Virus record (IMG/VR): IMGVR_UViG_3300024331_000231
Span: 11,923 to 75,922 of that record
DNA from: a virus
Lineage: Duplodnaviria; Caudoviricetes
DNA: 64,000 nucleotides
Strand: one strand, 5' to 3'
Positions 19,415 through 31,600 of this stretch are shown here, piece after piece (positions within the stretch are counted from its first letter, which is position 1; each line of letters begins with the position of its first letter). Made by a program: the position numbers and the translations under genes. The notes beneath the pieces were generated by a model. The model worked only from the letters and a program-made list of their open reading frames with translations. It did no database searches and was not told the DNA's origin.

Positions 19415-22400
19415 TGCCTATCGATGTCATATCATTTGTCGGAGCCATGGATACCGATTCCACTAATGAAAACATTGGCAAAGGATACGTACGCTCCGCC
19501 TATGATGTGATCTGGCGCGGACCGGTAGGCAACCGTAGGGCAGAGACGAACTTGGGTACCACGCTTGTTCCCAATAGCTTTTTGCCCGCTGGCCAGAACG
19601 CCACGGTCGCAGCCAAATACGATCCTGTTTACAAACGTGCTTTTTTCTTCAACTGGAACAATGGCGGCCTGCACGGAATATATGTGTATAATACTACGTC
19701 CCAGGCGGTCAATAAATTTCAAAGACTGATACAGACAGGGACCAATACCGATGGCGATCCATTGGGATTTACGGCCACTGGACGAATCAGTTCCATCGAT
19801 ATTCTGTACGCGGACGCGCCCCTCGGGCCGATCTTATTTTATGTCGATTCGCTCGGCCGTCCTACCCAGATCAATATTAATCGTTACCTGGCAGGCACAT
19901 ATCCCAAGGTGAAAAGGAGCTACATCGATGTGATCAAGGCCCCACCGATCATGGCTCCCCAAGTGACTTATGAAAACGACAGCACGGTTCAGGCCAACAA
20001 CCTGATCAATTCTCTCTGGAAATTTGCCTGTGCGCATATTTGCGACAACAACGAAAAGACTGTTATTTCCACGGCTTCAAAAGTACCGCTTCCGACCTAC
20101 CCCTTCGACCCGACTCAAAATATCGATAAATCGCAGAACGCACGCATTGCAGTCTACGTAGCCACAGGCGACGCCACTGTTAAGACCATCCGGGTATACG
20201 GCAAGCAAACCAAAGACGGCGCCACCAGTGACTGGTATATTTTGGCCGATTTGAAAAAAGCCGATCTTGGAATTGCGGATAATACGGTCTATAAATTCCT
20301 GTTCTACAACACCGGCAGTTATATTATTGAAGACCCGGCGTTTGCCGTATTGAACTTTGACATTGTGCCACTACAGACCAATTGCGGTACTTTGCTCAAT
20401 GGCAACACGCCGGCTTATGCCGGTATCCTTGAAGGCTACGATTTTTTTAACCCTGTCCTGAATGTTACCGCTTCCAACCAGACCGTTCCACGTTATTCGG
20501 TTAACGGGACGTGTTTTTTTGCGACGACTAATGGTCAGTTTGAGCTCAGTGGCCAGCCGCATGTCCAGGTATTTCTGACCGGTGCTGGCAGCAATGACGG
20601 GAACGGCAATCCTACCACGCTGTTTTGGCCGCCTGCGTTTCTCGCTGTTCGGGCCAAATCGGGAGCCACCGATATCAGTTTTTCGATCAACAACCTGGTT
20701 GGTACGATCGCGACCATCTTGTCCAATTTGCAGGCAGCAGCCGTGGCCGCCGGTTGGGTTTTTGTTAGTAGCGATACCAATTCGATTACGATATATTACC
20801 CTTCTGGCCAGGTTACCGTTCAATCTTCCTATGTCCAAGGTCAAAGCACGCTTCCCACCTTCCCGTATAACTATCCCCAGCTCGCCTTTTATCCTCAATC
20901 GGCTTCGCAATGGGGCGCTATTTATTTCGATGCGTACGGAAGAACTAACGGCGTGATTAGCAACATCCAAGGCCAGGTAACAACGCCTCCATACGTAATC
21001 GGAAGTCGGATGACTCCTGAGATCACTTTGGACGTATCAGGATACAGGCCTCCGGCATGGGCCATTTATTGGCGCCCGGTTCGGACGGACAACCTGACGT
21101 TCAACCGCCGGTTGGATTGGATTTCCGATGCAGCCTACAGCGGGACGGGCCAAGTTGTCAATAGCCAGTACGCGTATTTTGGAGTAACCAACATTTTCAG
21201 CTATAACACGGCTATCGGTGCCACGGAAGGCGTCGTTTCCTACGGTGCTACAAGCTTTGTCCCGGGAGATCGAATTCGCGTTCTCGGGCGCTATTCCGCC
21301 AACGGAGCCCTCGTTGCTACCCTCAACCTGGACTATGCCATTCTCGGCGTCGTCGTCAACCCCAATATCAACGGCGTTGTTAAAGTCGGCACCTTTATCC
21401 AGATCGCCTATCCAACGGCCGACATATCCGCTGATTTTAAATTCGATGGAACGGACGATTTTCAGAACTACCAGATCCTGATCTACAACTACAAAGCGCA
21501 GGTCGCCTCTTCTCCCAACACTTTCTGGGAAGTAGGGGAGACCTTCGCCATTGGCAATCCAGGACTGCTGACAGCCTACCACATGGGGAACGTCGCTGAC
21601 AATATCGTCAAGATATCCGACGGCGATATTTTCTTTCGGCCCCGGACGGTGCCGATACAGAACTCCTACTCGATCAATACGGGCAGTTTTGATATGACGA
21701 CGCCAGGAAGCACATTGTGGATTGATCCTGGAGGTGGCGCGCGATTTCTGGCCAACAACTCCGTCTATCAAATCCAGGGAGATGGACCGCGGGGAGCGGG
21801 ATTGCTCTCTACCGACTTTCCTTTTTATACGACCGCGCAACCGACGGTTTTCAATAAATCAGCCTCTCCGATCGTCGTGCGCGTGCGGTTCACGCTGCCT
21901 GTCGTCGATAAAACGGACCCGAATGGACAGTTTGCCGGCTTTTTCAAGCTCATTGCCCCGGGTAATATCGTCACCACTCAACCTATCCTGGCGCAGCAGA
22001 CGGGGCTCGTCCCTGGACAATCCAATAATTTCGTGATCGATGCCAGTATCTCGATGCCAGGCAATACAAAGCTCTGGATGGTCATGACGGCTGTCAACGA
22101 AATGCTCATCGGGGGAATGACCATCCAACTGGACGTGATCCGCAATATCTCCATCTTCGCTTTTGACGCTTCTTTTTCGGACATCTACAACCTCAAGACC
22201 AATTCGGACAATAGACCTAGTACGATCGACGGAACCGCTCAGCAAACCTTCTTTCCTACGCTGTTCCGTTTTTCGGAACCTTATGTACCGGGCACCAATA
22301 TTTTGCAGACCAACCGATTTTTTGACGCCAACAAAGATGAGTTCACTACCTCTTACGGACAAGTCATGCGAATGGTGCAATGGCAAAAGCGGCTACGGGT

Positions 22401-23370
22401 GGCGCAAGAAAGAAAGTGGGGAGAAGTGGGAGTTTATAGCAAATTTATAAAGAATAACAACGGAGAAACCCAGCTGATCGTCAACGACCAGATCATTGAG
22501 CAAAATAACATCCAATATTTCGACCAGGATTTCGGTATCGGCAACCAGCCAGACTGTTTGGCCATTAATGATTACCAGATTTGGTTTTTTGATCCTGTCC
22601 GCGGGGCTATCTGCCGGTTGTCCCTTGATGGCATTAAGCAGATATCCGAAGAGTTTATGGTGCAAACCTTTGCCGGATCACTTACACCTCGATATCTGCA
22701 ACAGTTTAATGCGGTTACGGCCGGAAATGCCGTCGTATTAGGGGTATACAGCTTTTCCAGCGATCGTTATGCTGAAACATTGATGTGCTTTCAGGGAGGA
22801 ATAAAAGGTCATACGACTATCCCTTCACAAACGATTGCTTTTATTGAAAAGACAAACGCCTTTAGCAGCTTCTACCGTTTCGCGCCGGAGGCGATCGTTT
22901 GCGCTGAAAATCAGTTGATCTCCTTTTATCAAGGGCAGCTGTACATCCATAATGATACGGGCAATAATCGCAACTATTATGGCTTTTCTATGCTTCCGCA
23001 GCTAGAATTAATCTATAACGATCAGGAAGCTATTCGCAAAACATACGATGCCCTTTCTTTTCAAACTTTCAACAACAAGGTATGGACGGCCCCGAATGTA
23101 GGAGACATTACGACAAGTTTCATCAATCCCCAGACCGGTCTACAGCAGATCAGTCAACTGATTCTGGAAGATTTTGAGGTCGTGGAAGGACAAGCAAACG
23201 CGGCTTTCAAGCGGGATGCCAATAGCCAGGCGAATGCGGCCATCGCTATCAACGAAGGCGATTATCTGAAAGGCAATTGGATCAGAATCTTACTATCTGC
23301 ACCAAGTAGTGCCTTCAACGCTTTTTACGCGCCTATTCTCCGGTGGACGCCTTCACAAAAAACACCTTAA
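19414..23370 (+). CDS. tail muzzle/stabilisation (tail tube B-like) protein
   Basis: 1318 aa; SFVGAMDTD...YVRSAYDV N-terminus; beta-propeller-like C-terminus (FGIGNQPD...FFDPVRGAICRL). Confidence 0.8.
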   Translation: MPIDVISFVGAMDTDSTNENIGKGYVRSAYDVIWRGPVGNRRAETNLGTTLVPNSFLPAGQNATVAAKYDPVYKRAFFFNWNNGGLHGIYVYNTTSQAVNKFQRLIQTGTNTDGDPLGFTATGRISSIDILYADAPLGPILFYVDSLGRPTQININRYLAGTYPKVKRSYIDVIKAPPIMAPQVTYENDSTVQANNLINSLWKFACAHICDNNEKTVISTASKVPLPTYPFDPTQNIDKSQNARIAVYVATGDATVKTIRVYGKQTKDGATSDWYILADLKKADLGIADNTVYKFLFYNTGSYIIEDPAFAVLNFDIVPLQTNCGTLLNGNTPAYAGILEGYDFFNPVLNVTASNQTVPRYSVNGTCFFATTNGQFELSGQPHVQVFLTGAGSNDGNGNPTTLFWPPAFLAVRAKSGATDISFSINNLVGTIATILSNLQAAAVAAGWVFVSSDTNSITIYYPSGQVTVQSSYVQGQSTLPTFPYNYPQLAFYPQSASQWGAIYFDAYGRTNGVISNIQGQVTTPPYVIGSRMTPEITLDVSGYRPPAWAIYWRPVRTDNLTFNRRLDWISDAAYSGTGQVVNSQYAYFGVTNIFSYNTAIGATEGVVSYGATSFVPGDRIRVLGRYSANGALVATLNLDYAILGVVVNPNINGVVKVGTFIQIAYPTADISADFKFDGTDDFQNYQILIYNYKAQVASSPNTFWEVGETFAIGNPGLLTAYHMGNVADNIVKISDGDIFFRPRTVPIQNSYSINTGSFDMTTPGSTLWIDPGGGARFLANNSVYQIQGDGPRGAGLLSTDFPFYTTAQPTVFNKSASPIVVRVRFTLPVVDKTDPNGQFAGFFKLIAPGNIVTTQPILAQQTGLVPGQSNNFVIDASISMPGNTKLWMVMTAVNEMLIGGMTIQLDVIRNISIFAFDASFSDIYNLKTNSDNRPSTIDGTAQQTFFPTLFRFSEPYVPGTNILQTNRFFDANKDEFTTSYGQVMRMVQWQKRLRVAQERKWGEVGVYSKFIKNNNGETQLIVNDQIIEQNNIQYFDQDFGIGNQPDCLAINDYQIWFFDPVRGAICRLSLDGIKQISEEFMVQTFAGSLTPRYLQQFNAVTAGNAVVLGVYSFSSDRYAETLMCFQGGIKGHTTIPSQTIAFIEKTNAFSSFYRFAPEAIVCAENQLISFYQGQLYIHNDTGNNRNYYGFSMLPQLELIYNDQEAIRKTYDALSFQTFNNKVWTAPNVGDITTSFINPQTGLQQISQLILEDFEVVEGQANAAFKRDANSQANAAIAINEGDYLKGNWIRILLSAPSSAFNAFYAPILRWTPSQKTP

Positions 23371-23380
23371 AACCAAAAAA

Positions 23381-24145
23381 ATGCCAGACGATATACTTTC
23401 AGGAGCAAGCGCGGGAGCATCACTGGGATCAGTCATACCCGGGGTGGGCACCTTGATTGGAGGCCTCGGAGGCGCGGCGCTGGGGATCGTAGGAGGGCTA
23501 TTCGGTCGCAAAAAGGCCAAAAACCTATTGGCCCAGAATCCTTATCCCAACGAAGAAATGCCTTCCGAGGTCACTGCCAACCAGCAGATTGCCCAAAGCG
23601 CCGCGCTGGAAGGCACCCCCTCGGAGCAATTGCAGGCGGCACAAAAAGATATTCAACGCAACCAAGCAGCGGCGATTACAGCCGCCTCTGCTTCCCCTGG
23701 CGGGGCCGTGCGCAATATCGGTGCCATCCAGCAGGCCAGCGATGATGCCTCCGGGAGACTCAACGCACAAAGCGCGGAAGCTCGCCGCCAGAACATAGGC
23801 CAACTGATCGGCGTCAACCAGCAGGCGGCCTCCTGGAAAGACAAACTCTTCGACTGGAACCAACGGCAGAAGTACATCCAGAATTACAACTACGGCATGG
23901 GGCTGCTCGGGCAGTCAAACCAGAATATCCTTTCGGGGGCGGATAAACTGCTCGGAACGGCTACCGGTGCGTTGTCGTCTGGCGCGTTTGGTGGAGGTGG
24001 TAATGCGGCAGCGGCGTCTGGGGCGCCCGCTCCCTATCTGTACAATCCAGGAACAGCAAATACTGCCGGTGGATACAATAGCCCCGCCGGATTAGTAGGT
24101 AGTATCGACCCCAATTCAGCACGAAATTTCTTAATCGGACAATAA
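23381..24145 (+). CDS. ejection/cargo protein 1 (pilot-like)
   Basis: Gly-zipper N-terminus GASAGASLGS...IGGLGGAALG, Gln/Ala-rich. True start is likely ATG 23381 after AAAACCAAAAAA. Confidence 0.65.
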   Translation: MPDDILSGASAGASLGSVIPGVGTLIGGLGGAALGIVGGLFGRKKAKNLLAQNPYPNEEMPSEVTANQQIAQSAALEGTPSEQLQAAQKDIQRNQAAAITAASASPGGAVRNIGAIQQASDDASGRLNAQSAEARRQNIGQLIGVNQQAASWKDKLFDWNQRQKYIQNYNYGMGLLGQSNQNILSGADKLLGTATGALSSGAFGGGGNAAAASGAPAPYLYNPGTANTAGGYNSPAGLVGSIDPNSARNFLIGQ

Positions 24146-25633
24146 ATGGCACAGATCGGCGAATTACCGGGCGGAGGGGCTCCATGGGGAGGGATCGTAA
24201 AAATTGATACCCCGTTCACCGACAGGGTGACCGCCGCTCTATTGGCCCAACAGCAGGACCGCCGGAAATACCAGCAGGAAACCACCTTGAAGGCTGATGA
24301 ACTCATGAACAAAGAACTGGCCAATGTCCGCAGTATCGACATGGACCAGGTCATGGACTCCTACGGCAAATGGAAGAACGTCGCCATGCAGATGCTGAAT
24401 CCCAAAGTTCAGGCCGATCCGCGAAAGTTCAATGAACTCCAGATACAAAAAAATGCTGCTCTGGGCCAAACGATGGCCGCCATCAACCAAAGCGCCCAGC
24501 TGAACACGCAGGCCAAAGAACTCTTGGGGGAGCGAAAAGCGAAACCCAATCTGTATAACGACGACTTTGGCGATCGGTTAGCCGCGCTCAATAATACGCC
24601 GCTCGATCAGGTGCGCAACCACCCTAAATATGGTGACTTAACAAACCCCGATAGCTTTCGATATCAAGGCTCCCAGACGGATTTTGCCAAACTGGAAGCA
24701 ACGGCTTCCGGGCAACCGAAGCCGGTGGAAGGAGCAGAGAAGGTAGAAAAGATCAGCGACTTGCAAACCCGCCGGACGCCTACTCTTTTTGGTAATACCC
24801 CGACCCAATTTTTCGAGAATATGAAAGGCCAGCTCGCCCAGCACATCCCGGGGCGGGATGCGGCGGCGGCATGGGAAGCCATTCCGGAGCAACAGCGGGC
24901 AGCCGTAGATCAGCAGTTTGCGGCGATTGCCCCCGAAAAATGGCTCGCTATGACCGGCACGGCGAAGCCCCAGGTTATTGCTCCGACTGATCCCAATAAT
25001 CCGACGGAGAACTATGCCGCTTACCGGGCCAAGATATACGCCATCAACGCAGCCCCGAAAGCAGGAACGCCAAAAGAGGAAACGAATCTGCAGGCGAAAA
25101 TGAACGTGCAGTTTGATCAGAGAAAGGTTATGGAAGCATTGCGGGAAGGAGATCGTGAAAAATTGGCGGATATAAAACACAGGTGGAAGACTTTAGATGT
25201 CAACGCCAAAGATGATGTCATGAATGGTGTTGTTCGAAGCATGCTGGAAGAGTCCAAACAGCATCCGCGCACCTATAGTATGGCTGGCGGGAAGGTCATC
25301 CAGCAATATGAGATCCCCGCTTCGACGATCCTGAAGAAAGAATTTGCCGTACCCGACGAAAAAGGACAGCCCATTTTGGTAGACGCTTTCCGGCTAAGTG
25401 AAGACGGACAATCGGTGACGCCCATTTTTTATGAACCGGGCCAGACCGGCGACAACCGCGCGGTGAATACCGAAGTCAGCAAACCGATGACGATCGGTGA
25501 ATTCAAGGCCCGCGCCGCCAAAGCGATGTTCGGAATTAAAGAATCCGCTAAAGAAACCAAAACTCAAGGGCAAGCCCCTTCAGCCGCGCCGGCGACGCCA
25601 GCAAAAGGAGGGTCCGGCATTAAATGGCAATAA
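24146..25633 (+). CDS. ejection/cargo protein 2
   Basis: 495-aa helical protein; synteny after the muzzle. Confidence 0.6.
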   Translation: MAQIGELPGGGAPWGGIVKIDTPFTDRVTAALLAQQQDRRKYQQETTLKADELMNKELANVRSIDMDQVMDSYGKWKNVAMQMLNPKVQADPRKFNELQIQKNAALGQTMAAINQSAQLNTQAKELLGERKAKPNLYNDDFGDRLAALNNTPLDQVRNHPKYGDLTNPDSFRYQGSQTDFAKLEATASGQPKPVEGAEKVEKISDLQTRRTPTLFGNTPTQFFENMKGQLAQHIPGRDAAAAWEAIPEQQRAAVDQQFAAIAPEKWLAMTGTAKPQVIAPTDPNNPTENYAAYRAKIYAINAAPKAGTPKEETNLQAKMNVQFDQRKVMEALREGDREKLADIKHRWKTLDVNAKDDVMNGVVRSMLEESKQHPRTYSMAGGKVIQQYEIPASTILKKEFAVPDEKGQPILVDAFRLSEDGQSVTPIFYEPGQTGDNRAVNTEVSKPMTIGEFKARAAKAMFGIKESAKETKTQGQAPSAAPATPAKGGSGIKWQ

Positions 25634-28600
25634 TGGCAGAAGAAGTCGACATACCAGAAGTGGCGCCTCCAGACGAAGGACAAACCGGAAACGGCCAACA
25701 ACCGCCCGACAAGGTAGCGCAATACTATGACTACCTTAAAAAGGCCGGGGCTGACGTGGCGCCATCGCTGGATTCGTTCAAAAAAACGCTATCCAACGAT
25801 TCGACCGCCCGGCAATATTATGGCTACCTCAAGGATAATAAGTTCGATGCACCGCCGACCTACGGCTCTTTTGCCAAAACGCTGGGTATTACTACCGAAC
25901 AGCCCGCTCCGCCGGAGCACCAGGTAGTACATACGCCTATACAGGACGTCCGGCACCTGAAGGATCTTGCCAACCAACCCGTCCGACAAAACGTGGTTGA
26001 TCCGCAGGGGGGGCTGACCGAGAATAACCAGGAGGACGTCGCCCGGAATAAAGGCTACCAGGACCAATACGAAAAAAGTGTGAACGATATCGCCTCTACC
26101 TGGGGAACCGATCCGAGAGCTACCAAAGCCACCTTGGAGGATTTTCCTGACATCCAGGACGAAAATTTATTGAAGAAGTATACGTCGCTTTACAAAGATA
26201 ATCCTGTAAACTACGGAAGGCTGAAAGACGGTACTGATATTCGGATGGCTGTATTTCGATCGGGACGACCGGACGCCGCCGCCGACGCTCACAATTTGAA
26301 TATGCTATTTACGCCTTCCCCCGCCGATACTTATGATGATTTGCAGCATTACATCGCCGGCGCGCAGGGAATTCTATCAAAGCATGGGTTGGGGCAACAG
26401 TATACGGAAAAATTAAAAAATGTATTCAGTCCCCTGATCAACACGCTTCAACCGGGACTATTGACGCAGTATTGGAACAGCGACGACAAAAAGCTCGGCC
26501 TTTCCGATTTTCAGTACGCAGGCCTGGAGACGGAAAAAATGTTCAACCCCGGGAAATATAAGCAGGATATGGCCATCATTCGCCAGAACCGGGGACTAGA
26601 CCAGCCGGGCGGTACGCCAATTCCGCAAGGGAAAGAAGGATACGCCTATGATCGTGGTGTTGAAAACGTCCTCTATGCCCTGGAGCACCAAGGAAGGCAA
26701 AACACGTCTCAATATATTTCGCAGCGCACGGCCGATCTTGGACCCCAGATCGATAAGGTAAAACAGCACTACCAGGACTATATCAATAGCACTACCGATC
26801 CGCAGATGCAGCAATATTTTTTCCAGGAATTCCAGAAAGACCCGTTGCTGCAAGAAGCTACCAAGCTCTACGAAGGGCAACAAGCCATTGACTATGCGCG
26901 ATCGGAAGACCAACGCCGTTTTCCGCTCAATTATGGCGATCAGGCTACCCGTGTCGTCAAAGATGCTCTTAGCAGCACTTCCGGAGTTATGGGCAGCGCT
27001 GGGGTGGCCGGTCAGCAGGTATTGCTTGGGGCCGGCGAGACTTCCGACAATACCCTGCGCTTCATCAAAAACACGTTTATCAATCTACTGGGTAGCGATC
27101 AACTGCAGGCCAAAAATGCGGCTGCCAATATCGGCCACCAGGCGCTGACCGAGCTGGCCGGCTACGAAGGAAGCGCCTTTTCTATGCAGCAATCGCCTAT
27201 CCTGATCGATGACCAGCTACAAAAGAGCATTCAAGAGGTTTTTGATAATCCGAACCTGACCACGATTCAAAAGAATCAAAAAGCTACTGACCTGATCATC
27301 AACCACGGAGATCAGATCAAGGTCAATCCAAATGCCGGCCAGCAGAATATTACCGGCAAAGCAGTGCTCTACACCGCGTCCAACACGATCGGCCAGATCC
27401 TCGGCATCGCGGACCAATCATTTTTGATGGGAGGGCTCGTGGGAGACGCATCCAAGGCCCAGCAAATGGCGAATGCGCTGGTGCCCATGTATGCCTCAAC
27501 CCAGAACCAGCTATATGAACAGTCGCTCGCCCGCGGCGACGAAAAGCCTCTCCTAAAGTCGCACCTGGATGCAGCAATCATCTCACTGGCTTCCCTGATC
27601 AATCCTGATATCAAAGTCGTCAAAGGAATGATCGGTGCTGAAACGGGCCTTGGAAAGCTTATTGCTGGCGTGGACGAGTCCACGTGGAACAAAGTGCTCA
27701 CGACCAACAAGCCGCTCGTTGACAAAATGGTCGCCGGAACAAAGGCGACTGCCCGGCAATTGGGTCTCGCAGGCCTGCAGTACGGACTCGTCGTTCCCGG
27801 CGCCCAGTATGTCGTCCACAAAAATGTGTTAAATGAAGATCCCAATCTCGGGGATGCGATAAAGGATGGTCTTATACAAACCGGGATTACAATGGCAGTT
27901 CCTGCACTGTTCCATGGCGTATGGGGCGGCGTCAACGCTACAAAAGTTAATCCCACTCAGAAATATGCACTGGTTGAAGCAGGCCTGCATCCCAAAGAAA
28001 ATATCGAACTCATCGATCAAATGGTTCAGCGGGGGCAGGTAACGCCGGATCGGGCAGACCAGATCAAAGACGTCATTAAAATGACGGGAAATATTTTAGA
28101 GCAAAGCGATCATGTTAAAGGGGATGGAACGCCCATGACTGAAAAAGAAGCGGCTGATCTCACATTTCAGATGCTGCGCAAGAAAGTGCTGGAAGGAAAG
28201 CTCAAAAATGCGCCCGACCCACAGAAGCCGGCGATTGAGGCCAAAATCCACGAAATCAACCAGGATATTTCGGACCTGCACACTTCGGATGCGGATAAGC
28301 AGAAAAGTGAACTCAACCAATTATTGACCGATCATCTTGACCTGTTATCGAAAGTCCCGACCATGGAAGGGACCGTTAAGGAAGCTATCAAACGCAATGA
28401 GCCGGAAGTCGTCTTCTCAGAAATTTACGACGCCGCAACCGAAACCAAAAACGAAGAAGGAAAAGAGGTTAGCAAGCGCCCAGAAGTGGAAGCAATTTAT
28501 GGCAAAAAACTGGTTGACAAGGCTTTCGAATTACATAACCAAAAACAACCCACTCATGGCCAAGAAGCCATCCCAGACAATGCCCAAGCCGGGAACCAAG

Positions 28601-31600
28601 GGCAAGTAACACCAGAACCATCGCAAGAAGGTGCGGCGCCTCCTACAACCACAACAGAGCCTGTGCCGGCCGCATCTTCTTTTACTCCAAATTCCGACAA
28701 AATACAACCTACCAACCAATTCCGTACGTGGAACCTGGGGGACATGGAAGGGAAGCCGGAGGACGAGGCAGCAAAAAAACACCTCGAAGGCGTGGTCCGT
28801 GCCTGGGATCAGCATCCGGCCGGCGAGACCGGCGGCGAAACCTTCGGCGCATTCGTGGATCGGGTCATTCCAGCCTTTGAAAAGGCGCTCCAGGAAGACC
28901 CCAATAATACGACCATTGTAACCCATAGCTCCGTCCTTAAAGCCATGCGCGTCTGGGAAGAAATGGGGCGCCCAGCAGTCGATAAACTGACTGGCGAACA
29001 GAAAAAACAGTTCGCCGACAAGTACAACGCCGCCGAAACCCACAACGGCGATCTGGAAACCTTCAAAGGGACGAACGGCGATATTCATGTCATCCGGCAC
29101 GGAGAGACAGAGGATAATGCAAAAAATAATTTCCGTTCGGGCAATACCAATCTGACAGATAAGGGAATGCAAGATGCCGCTAATGTCGGTCAGGAATTAA
29201 AGTCCAAGACCGGCGGAGACGTTCCGAAGATCATCACGTCGGACCTGCCACGGACGATTCATAGTTCAAATATTATAAACGATGCCTTATCAGAGTCTAG
29301 CCCAGGAACGCTGGGCGCACACGCAGGCGGGGACGCAGGCGCTGGGGGGACCCCAGAAGGTGAAGGAGTGGGACCAGGCCAGCAAGGGGAAGCATCTCCC
29401 GGCCAAACTGGCGGGGAAGGGGAGGGGCAAGAGCCACCAGGCGGCCCTGGTGGGACGAAAGTAGCCGCTGGAGGCGAAGCAGGTTCGCAAACGGGCATTG
29501 CCGAACGAGTTAAGAAAGAACGGGAAGCCTCGGCTGGCGTCAAGGCCCCCGAACCGGGGACTGGCTTGTCGGTCGAAGCGGGAGTCGAACGAGGAAGGAC
29601 GTTACTAAGGGGAGGGGCTGATCCAGAAAGGATAATGGAAGCGTTTGAAACCGGCAAAGGCTTAATAGCCGACGATGTAAGTGTCGTTCGCGCTCAACTG
29701 GAACAACTAGCCAAAGCGACAGATGCGGCTATCGAGGAACATGGAGAAGAAAGTCCGGAGGCTGAAGATGCCAGAAAAGCCGAAAGTGATTGGGCGGCGC
29801 GTATTCAGCCCATGCAGACAGAGTGGGCCGAAATTGGTCGGCGACAACAAGGAAGCACCGATTTGGACACAGGAACTGTCACTTCCATAAAAAGAGCTTT
29901 TAAGGAACAAAGCGGCAAGCCTTTGACTGACAAACAAGCCGAAACTGCTCAAAATCTTCACGCTAGAATAAAAGAACAAGAAACAACCATTTCAGATTTA
30001 CAAAAGAGATTGGATGACATTAACAATAGCGATCAGTCAAAAAAATCGACGACTTTTTCAGACAAAGCTAAAAAAGCCGCAAATCTTGTTCGGAAATTAA
30101 AGAATAAAGAATTCACTTTTAAGGACAGTGACGGCAACGACATTCCGGTTCATAAAATGGGCGTAAGCTGGAATGATATTGTAGAATTAGGAGCAAAGGC
30201 CATTGAAAAAACTGGTCAAATTGCTGATGGAATAGCCGCTATTATAGAGAAAGTAAAAGAAGCTGATTGGTATAAAGGGCTTTCTGCAGAAGATCAGAAA
30301 AGATTTGCAAAAGAATTAGAAGACCACTATACTGGTATTGCAGATAAAAAAGAAGCGGCACGAATTAAAGCCCTCGAAAAGCAACTGGAAGAGCTGCAAG
30401 CCGGGAAAGTAAAAACCAAAACCGAACGGCAGCAAAGTGCTAGGGAACAAGCTCTGAAAGATCAAATATTCCAAGCTAAACAAAATTTGGGTCTAATTAA
30501 ACCTAAGGGAGCGCCCACACCTAAGACTCAAATTAATAAACCCAAAATTGATATTGCCACACATTTTATCGATAAAAAAGACAACAATTTCACACAGGAG
30601 GAGTCAAAAGCAATTTGGGAACACACGAAGGCTGTAATGGAGAATGGCAAAACTGATTTTCACGATGTGATTAAGCAGGTTGCAATGGATAGCGGCTTAT
30701 CTTCCGAACAGGTCCGCCGAGCCATTGCACAACCCAAAGGAGCAAAAGTTGTCACCGATAAGATGTATGCGGCCATGTATAAAAGAAATCAGATTATACA
30801 ACAGGCCAAAGCCTGGGTTAAATCAGCCGACCAATCCCCCGCTAAAAAGTTTTGGAAAGCAGTGATTGCAGGTCCGGCGGCCATAGTAACTGCACTGCAC
30901 GGGAGCGTAGCGCCCATAACGCATGTGGGAGGTGATCTATACCGGCCTTTCAATTGGAAGAGCTATTTCAATTTCATGTTGAATTCTTACCAATATTCGT
31001 TCGGGGGTTTAACGGAAAAAGGAAAAGCAAGATACGAAAAGGACATGGGCGATTTAGTTCGCGATCCTATGTTTATAATGGCTAAAAAGGCTGGAGTTAA
31101 ATGTGATCCCACCGATTTAAGTGGAGACGATTACTCTAAATATCAGGGGATTTGGGGCAAATTGGCAAAAATGGGTGAAAGAGGATTTAATGCCATGAAG
31201 CCTTATAGGCTGGAGCAGTTTAAGAAAATGTATAATGGACTTTCGGATCAAGCAAAAGGAAATTCCGATGTAATTAAGACCATCGCAGAAATAGCGAATC
31301 TTTCTTCCGGCACAACAAGCGTAAAAACAGGCAAGTATACCGATGTGGTGGTTTTTGCTCCTAAACTGGTCACTTCTCAATATCAAAGAATTTTTTCGGA
31401 ACCCGCCAAGGCGGTAGGCACATTCGCGAAATGGGGGGCATCCCTTGCTTCTCCGAATAAGATTGCAGCCCCGACTGATGCACAAAAATTGCAGGCCAAA
31501 ATGGTCGCAAGACATACAGGCGAAATGATGGCTACCTATATGATTGGCCTTGCTGCTAACCAGGCTATATTGACGATGAACGGTTCTAAACAAAAAATAA

